Shown here in pieces: positions 6,404-11,423 of a stretch of 11,423 nt of DNA; the stretch's first letter is position 1; each line of letters begins with the position of its first letter. This stretch comes from Planctomycetales bacterium (GTDB lineage Bacteria; 4484-113), in assembly GCA_037445915.1 (NCBI GenBank), contig JBBIJQ010000012.1:1-11423 (forward strand), in the 5' to 3' direction. The notes under the pieces are model-generated. The model had not been told where the DNA came from and ran no database searches. It saw only the letters and a program-made list of their open reading frames with translations. Both the position numbers and the translations under genes were made by a program.

Positions 6404-6949
6404 TCATCCGCCTCCGCCGAACTCCATGCCGACAGTGCCGTCTTCATTGCTGAAGGGGTTCTTCCCGCCGGTATCGGGCTTGGCGACGACCGGTTTCTTG
6501 CGCGGCTTCGCAAGCTCCATGAACTTCACTGCGTATGGCCCTGTCCCTGCCTCAGCGACGCCGCCCGGCCCCCACACCGCCTTCAGCGCCGAGAATTCGG
6601 CGCCCTTCGCGGGGTCGTCGTCAAAGTCGGCCAGCACGACTGCTGCCTTGAGCGTCTTGTCGCACATCGTAGCAGTGCGCACCGCGTCCATCATCGCATT
6701 GCGCACTGCAGGCGGCGCAGTGTCAGGAGGAACCGACAGGCGCAGGCTGAGCGTCTTTGCGCCCTCGCCGCCCTTGATGTCGCGCTCGGTCACGATATAT
6801 GTAGGCACTGTTGAGGGGTCGTAGCCGTAGTCTTTCCATGAGAATTTGCCGGCGCCGCCTTTGCCGGCCAGCGCGCTCACGCCGATTACGGCGGCCAATA
6901 CAATCGCGGCCGCTAATACCAGCCCCAGCACGAGCTTATTCGCTTCCAT
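6404..6949 (-). CDS. Hypothetical membrane-anchored or exported protein (181 aa)
   Basis: N-terminal Lys followed by a hydrophobic helix (LVLGLVLAAAIVLAAVIGVSALA), a Gly linker, a small alpha/beta-like domain and a low-complexity tail. SD GGGAGG at 6955-6960, with its own promoter. Confidence 0.8.
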   Translation of the reverse strand: MEANKLVLGLVLAAAIVLAAVIGVSALAGKGGAGKFSWKDYGYDPSTVPTYIVTERDIKGGEGAKTLSLRLSVPPDTAPPAVRNAMMDAVRTATMCDKTLKAAVVLADFDDDPAKGAEFSALKAVWGPGGVAEAGTGPYAVKFMELAKPRKKPVVAKPDTGGKNPFSNEDGTVGMEFGGGG

Positions 6950-6982
6950 CGTTGCCTCCCAGGCATCCCTATAACACCAGTA

Positions 6983-6991
6983 ATTATACCA
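6983..6991 (-). promoter_or_regulatory. Extended -10 promoter (TGgTATAAT) for the 6404..6949 gene
   Basis: Perfect TGn-TATAAT on the minus strand, 33 nt upstream of the ATG. Confidence 0.7.
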
Positions 6992-6992
6992 T

Positions 6993-7153
6993 CTAGCAGC
7001 CTATAGCGTAGGCGGGAGCTATAGGCGGGGAGTGAAGGACGCCTCGGTGTCGCATGCGGCAAGTTAGCGCGCAAAAGCGCATTTTCGTCTTGGACAAGCG
7101 GTTTCTACATCGGCTGCTCTAGTGAATGCAACCTACGCTATGACTGAGCCTAG
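6993..7153. repeat. Intergenic segment with nested inverted and direct repeats
   Basis: ATAGCGTAGG (7003-7012) / CCTACGCTAT (7132-7141) form a perfect 10-bp inverted repeat. GCCTATAGC (6999-7007) / GCTATAGGC (7018-7026) form a hairpin. TAGGCGGG occurs twice (7009-7016, 7022-7029). CTAG lies at both ends. Confidence 0.55.
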
Positions 7154-7161
7154 AGTAAATG

Positions 7162-8559
7162 CTAATATGCACCCTTCCGGCTCAACAGCGCCCCTGGCGT
7201 GCGAATGATGATGGAGAAGTCAAGGGCGGGGCTCCAGTTCGTGATGTAGTAGATGTCAAGGTCAATGCGCTCGCGGTATGTGAGGTCGCTGCGGCCGGAG
7301 ACCTGCCAAAGGCCGGTAAGGCCGGGCGGGAAGGACTGCAGGATGCGGCCCCAGTCGCCGTATTTCGCCAGCTCCTCGGGCACGATGGGGCGCGGCCCCA
7401 CGAGGCTCATCTCGCCGCGCAGGATGTTCACGAGCTGGGGGAGTTCGTCAAGGCTCGTCTTGCGCAGGATGCTCCCGGCCTTGGTAATGCGCGGGTCGTT
7501 CTTGAGCTTCATCGTGCGCTTGAATTCGTCTTCCTGCTCCGGCGTCAGCTTCACGCCGCAGCGCATGGTGCGGAACTTCAGCAGCATGAACGTCTTGCCG
7601 TCGGCGCCCAGGCGCTCGTGGCGGAAGAACACGGGTCCCGGCGACGACAGCCAAGCCATTAGCGCGGCGATGCCGAAGAGCGGCGAGAGGATGATGAGCG
7701 CAGCGCCCGCTGTGACGACGTCGGCTGCGCGCTTAACGCTGCGGATGGCGGCAAGCTCGTGGCGCGACTTGGGGGTTATCTGCGGGAATCCGAATTCCGG
7801 CGAGAACTTCACGCTGCCCAAGAGCAGCCCTTCGCCCGCGGGAATCTGGCGCACGCGCACGCGCCCTTCATAGCCGAGGATGAACAGCGACTGCCAAAGT
7901 CCCGGCGTAGGCGTGAGCAGGCACACGACGTCGGTGACGCCGTTTGCCGCGATGTAGTCAAGGAAGTGCTGCGGTGTTTCGCGCGAGCCGAAGAATCGCC
8001 GCGTCACTTCGTCGCCCGCCATGCGGATAAACGTGGCGCGCTTGCCGAAAATGCGGCCTATGCGCGACTCCAGGACTTCAGCGACCGGCCCCCCGCCAAG
8101 CATAAGCACGACAGGCGCGGTGCGGTTCGCGGTGAGGATGCGCAGCGCCCAGCGTGCGAGGATGATGAGCACGAGCGCGATGATGAAAATGAAGAGGAAA
8201 GTCAGGCGCGACGATGGAAGCCCGCGCACGAGGAACGATAGCGTTATGGATGCGATACACGAAAGCCCGATGGCGGCTGGGATGCGTGACATCTCGGAAA
8301 ATGCGCTTTCGCGGAGACAGGCAAAGTAAAGGCCGTAATAGCCGAAGATGACAAGCCAGAACGGAAGCGAGATGATGTAGAAAACGTAATAGTTGACGAG
8401 CGGGACGCTGCCCAACGGGACTGCCAGCGCGCTGTGGAAGCGCAGCGTGTATGCTGCGAGGAACGCCAGCAGCAGGCATCCCGCGTCAACGAGCAGGTGC
8501 AGCAGCGAGAAATTGAGCCTTGCTGGGAGCGGCTGTGAAATGTGGGCGTCGTTGGGCAT
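7162..8559 (-). CDS. Polyprenyl-phosphate hexose-1-phosphate transferase (WcaJ/WbaP/CpsE-type priming glycosyltransferase)
   Basis: Four N-terminal TM helices, a central cytoplasmic domain, and a C-terminal bacterial sugar transferase domain (KRAAD, KFRTM, DPRIT, SLDELPQ, SLVGPRP, PGLTGLWQVSGRS, ending GAY). SD GAGGTGA at 8563-8569. Confidence 0.95.
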   Translation of the reverse strand: MPNDAHISQPLPARLNFSLLHLLVDAGCLLLAFLAAYTLRFHSALAVPLGSVPLVNYYVFYIISLPFWLVIFGYYGLYFACLRESAFSEMSRIPAAIGLSCIASITLSFLVRGLPSSRLTFLFIFIIALVLIILARWALRILTANRTAPVVLMLGGGPVAEVLESRIGRIFGKRATFIRMAGDEVTRRFFGSRETPQHFLDYIAANGVTDVVCLLTPTPGLWQSLFILGYEGRVRVRQIPAGEGLLLGSVKFSPEFGFPQITPKSRHELAAIRSVKRAADVVTAGAALIILSPLFGIAALMAWLSSPGPVFFRHERLGADGKTFMLLKFRTMRCGVKLTPEQEDEFKRTMKLKNDPRITKAGSILRKTSLDELPQLVNILRGEMSLVGPRPIVPEELAKYGDWGRILQSFPPGLTGLWQVSGRSDLTYRERIDLDIYYITNWSPALDFSIIIRTPGALLSRKGAY

Positions 8560-8567
8560 TGGTCACC

Positions 8568-9671
8568 TCAGAGCAATTGTTGCACTGCGCCGAGCATCTT
8601 CTCGTTGAATGTCCCGGTGCTGAACCTCTCGGCGCAGGCGCGGATATCATCGCGGTTCCATTTTATGACGTGGTAGCGGCTGACGGCGCGGTCAACCGCC
8701 TCCGGCGACGGCTCGTTGAAGAAGTTGCCGGAGACCTCGGAAATTACCGTTTCCGTCGCGCCACCGCGCCCATAGGCGATGACCGGCGTGCCGCACGCCA
8801 TAGCCTCGCACGGGATGAGCCCGAAATCTTCTTCGCTGGGGAACAACACTGCATGCGCGTTCTGGTAGAGCGTGCGCAGCTCTTCGTCGGTCACCGTGCC
8901 AAGGAACTCAATGCGCTTGTTCTTCGCCATCCCCATGAGCCTCTCGCGCAACGGCCCATCGCCAACGACTAAAAGCGGCTCGTCGCGGTAATTGAACGCG
9001 TCAATGACCATCTCCATTCCCTTGTAGGGGACGAAGCGCCCGACGAGCAGGAAATACTCGTTTTCGCGGTCCTGCGCGGGAGTGAAGAAGCGCGTGTCCA
9101 CGGGCGGGTGGATGACGACCGACTTGCGGTTGTAAGTCTTTTCAATGCGCCGCTGCACCGTCTCGCTTATCGCTATGAAGCGGTCTACGCGCTGCGCCGC
9201 CTGCCAGTCCCACATGCGCAAGTAGTGCGCCGACGCGCGGAAAACGGTTTCGCGGAAGCGCGACAGGCGAGTGTGCTTGAGGTAGGTCTGGTAGAGGTCC
9301 CACACATAACGCATCGGCGTGTAGCAATAACAAAGGTGCGTTTGGCGAGAATGCGTCAGCACGCCCTTCGCCGCCGCATGCGACAGCGATATGACGAGGT
9401 CGTAATCGCGCAGGTCAAACTGCTCTACCGCGTAAGGGTAAAGCGGAAGCAGCGACTGGTAGCGGTGTGTCGCGCCGGGGAACTTGTTGAGCACCGACGG
9501 GATGATGTGCGCGTCGTCAAGCTCCTCGGGCGTGCCGCCGGGGTCGTGGAACAGCGTGAAGATGGGTGCGGTGGGAAATAGGCGGTGCATCTCAATAAGC
9601 ACGCGCTCTGCGCCGCCGAAGGTGACTATCCAGTCATGGACGAGCGCGATGCGTGACGGCGCCTTATCCAT
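8568..9671 (-). CDS. GT4-family glycosyltransferase (WbaZ-like)
   Basis: RIALVHDW...GGAERVL, YCYTPMRY.WD, VIHPPVD, GRFVPYKG and an intact acidic motif FPSEEDFGLIPCEAMACGTPVI. It overlaps the upstream gene by 8 bp. Confidence 0.95.
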   Translation of the reverse strand: MDKAPSRIALVHDWIVTFGGAERVLIEMHRLFPTAPIFTLFHDPGGTPEELDDAHIIPSVLNKFPGATHRYQSLLPLYPYAVEQFDLRDYDLVISLSHAAAKGVLTHSRQTHLCYCYTPMRYVWDLYQTYLKHTRLSRFRETVFRASAHYLRMWDWQAAQRVDRFIAISETVQRRIEKTYNRKSVVIHPPVDTRFFTPAQDRENEYFLLVGRFVPYKGMEMVIDAFNYRDEPLLVVGDGPLRERLMGMAKNKRIEFLGTVTDEELRTLYQNAHAVLFPSEEDFGLIPCEAMACGTPVIAYGRGGATETVISEVSGNFFNEPSPEAVDRAVSRYHVIKWNRDDIRACAERFSTGTFNEKMLGAVQQLL

Positions 9672-11037
9672 TGGGCTTCTCCCCTGTCATTTGGATGACA
9701 AACGGGATTTGCGAAAGCGGAAGGCCTGCGAATATGAGCAGGTTGCCGCCCCGGTTGAACGCAGGCTTCGTCACCTCGCCGGTAAGCAGGTTCAGCGTCG
9801 CGACCGGCTTCAGGCCAGGCCGGAAGATGGCCAGGTTCGTCGTGCGGTCATACATGTTCATAGTGCTTGTCCAGTAGATGTAATAAGTCGCGCGGGACGC
9901 GGGGTTGTAAAGGTGGTGCGCGAACACCGGGTCGGCCGCCGCGGGAAAGTTGTTGTGCATCTGGAACAAGTAATACGGGTCAAAGAAGTACGAGCCTTTG
10001 AGCAGCGGCGTAAGCCTGCGCACCGCTTTCGCGGCGGGCTTTTCCATCCCGTCGTAGCCGTAAAGCCCCATGCAGCTTTGGGGAAACACATTGTTCAAAT
10101 CTGTGTCCATTAGCGATGCCAGGAAAATGCGGGACGCCCCGCCGTTGAGCAGGTAAAACACGCTGCGGCAGAGCATTGAAACCTGGTCAAGCTGCGACAC
10201 TCCCAGCGGGTCGTAAGCGGTTGAAACGCCCAGCGCGGTTATGAAAAACGGCTTGCCGTACCGGCGCAAGCTAGCCATCATCTGCGCCGTTTCATAAACC
10301 GAAGGTGGCGACAGTTCCTTGTACCGGAGGGGGTGTTCCATGTGCGCGGGATCGGGAAAGAGGCTGAATGAGATAGCGTCCACGCGGTCAAAGATGCGCG
10401 CGCCTTTAAGCTCTGCAATAAACTTGTAGTCCACGCCTTGAATCCCGCCGCAGACTATGCCGAATGAACGCTGGCTGCTCTCGCGGTATGCGCGGACGGC
10501 GCTCAAAAGGATGTGGTAGCTTTCCGCCGAAACGCCAAGGTGGTAGTTGAGGTCGTCTAGGAGCTGGTAGTAGTCCACCAAGCTTCCCACTTCTGCGTCA
10601 ACCAGCCGGAAAAACTCTATGAAAGTGTCCGGCGACGGCATCCCGCTTTCCATTGTCAGCATAACCTGCGCGCCCTGCGCCCGAAGCTTGCTGAGAACAT
10701 CGCCCAGGACAATCAGGTTCGGCGAGTTGGGGTCGGAGAAGTCTTCTTGGCTGATGGTCAGTCGGTATGTCCCGAAGCCGAAGCTCCCTGCGTTGGCGAG
10801 CAGCTCAGGCGTAAGATATCCGGGCGCCAGGTTGAGGCCCAGAGGTTGGTAGTTCGGCCCTTGCACCAAATCAGGATTTGTGGGGATGACCTTGAACGGC
10901 GCTTTGGTGTCCAGGTCGTCTTTCTGCGCGGGGAAACCTGGGGGAAGCTTAATGGAATCGCCAGCCGCCGGCTGGGGCGCAGCGAGTGCGCCGAACGCCA
11001 GCAGCAACAGAAGCGCTATGAGCTTTCGGGCGATCAT
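9664..11037 (-). CDS. Exported protein with a probable GH clan-A (GH39/GH5-like) TIM-barrel fold; catalytic residues appear degenerate
   Basis: Sec signal peptide (MIARKLIALLLLLAFGALAA). Barrel-like motifs occur in clan-A order: LGLN, YRLTI, VMLTM, VDYYQLLDDLN, IVCGG, VDAISFSLF, KPFFITALG, GASRIF, MGLYGYDGMEKPA. The C-terminal domain is beta-rich. The CDS is confident; the family assignment is by eye. Confidence 0.7.
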   Translation of the reverse strand: MIARKLIALLLLLAFGALAAPQPAAGDSIKLPPGFPAQKDDLDTKAPFKVIPTNPDLVQGPNYQPLGLNLAPGYLTPELLANAGSFGFGTYRLTISQEDFSDPNSPNLIVLGDVLSKLRAQGAQVMLTMESGMPSPDTFIEFFRLVDAEVGSLVDYYQLLDDLNYHLGVSAESYHILLSAVRAYRESSQRSFGIVCGGIQGVDYKFIAELKGARIFDRVDAISFSLFPDPAHMEHPLRYKELSPPSVYETAQMMASLRRYGKPFFITALGVSTAYDPLGVSQLDQVSMLCRSVFYLLNGGASRIFLASLMDTDLNNVFPQSCMGLYGYDGMEKPAAKAVRRLTPLLKGSYFFDPYYLFQMHNNFPAAADPVFAHHLYNPASRATYYIYWTSTMNMYDRTTNLAIFRPGLKPVATLNLLTGEVTKPAFNRGGNLLIFAGLPLSQIPFVIQMTGEKPNG

Positions 11038-11051
11038 TGTTTGTGCCGCGG

Positions 11052-11423
11052 TCAGGCGAGTGAATTATAGACCGAGCGGTGAGATGCGGCAATCCGCGCC
11101 ATGGAAAGCCGCGCCTTTAGCCGCGCTTGGTGCGCCAGGCGGCTCGCCGCAGCTTCTTCAAAGCCGTCACAAAGCCTGATTAGGAATGCTGCGGCTTTCT
11201 CCGGGCTGTCGCCGGACTCCAGTGAATACGGCAGGTCGGGTGCGAACTGCCTCACTACCGCAGGATGAACCCCGAAGCACAAAATCGGGGTGCGGAATGA
11301 CAGCGCATTTATCAGCGAGCTCCGGTGCGTGTCAAACGAGAATGGGAACAGCGCCAGCAACGACTCTTCTGCGAGCGCGCGCAATGCAGGTAGCGGCTGC
11401 GTTGGGATGAACTCCACACCCTC
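11052..11423 (-). CDS. C-terminal part of a GT-B (GT4-like) glycosyltransferase homologue, 5'-truncated by the window edge
   Basis: The frame is open to the window end. VEFIP...LRALAEESLLALFPFSFD...LINALSFRTPILC and a terminal LSMARIAASHRSVY helix parallel the GT4 C-terminal Rossmann domain. It lies in the polysaccharide cluster. Confidence 0.65.
   Translation of the reverse strand, partial: EGVEFIPTQPLPALRALAEESLLALFPFSFDTHRSSLINALSFRTPILCFGVHPAVVRQFAPDLPYSLESGDSPEKAAAFLIRLCDGFEEAAASRLAHQARLKARLSMARIAASHRSVYNSLA
11064..11092 (-). promoter_or_regulatory. Candidate internal sigma70 promoter inside the 3' end of the upstream gene
   Basis: The minus strand reads TTGCCG (11092-11087), a 17-nt spacer, then TATAAT (11069-11064), 26 nt before ATG 11037. 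Confidence 0.55.

Noticed and set aside
158-11410. Numerous alternative-frame and antisense ORFs in the track (e.g. 158..658, 1255..1770, 1763..2275, 3873..4454, 7159..7662, 7253..7873, 9484..10113)
   Set aside because: They overlap well-supported genes, are Arg/Ser/Ala-rich without motifs, and are expected shadows in GC-rich DNA.

Overview
GC-rich bacterial chromosomal window (about 60% GC by eye) with no clear intact mobile element, rRNA, tRNA or CRISPR array. The + strand carries the 3' part of a CcdA/DsbD-type membrane thiol-redox gene, then a promoter and an unannotated 36-codon ORF with a near-perfect Shine-Dalgarno sequence. That ORF ends inside a set of alternative hairpins in front of an intrinsic terminator, which looks like a ribosome-controlled attenuator. 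It is followed by an ABC-2/DrrA-type ATPase with no permease in the window, a nitroreductase, a sugar-phosphate nucleotidyltransferase, a 300-bp spacer rich in REP-like palindromes, and a CPBP (CAAX/Abi) membrane protease. The - strand carries the end of a surface-polysaccharide cluster, a membrane-anchored hypothetical protein and a LeuT-like NSS transporter with an apparently triplicated TM11 helix. The polysaccharide cluster comprises a partial GT-B-like gene, an exported GH clan-A-like protein, a GT4 and a priming polyprenyl-phosphate sugar transferase. The best leads are (1) the putative leader-peptide attenuator and (2) two adjacent CAZyme-like proteins that appear to have lost their catalytic glutamates. 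All family calls come from motif recognition by eye; no database search or folding program was run.
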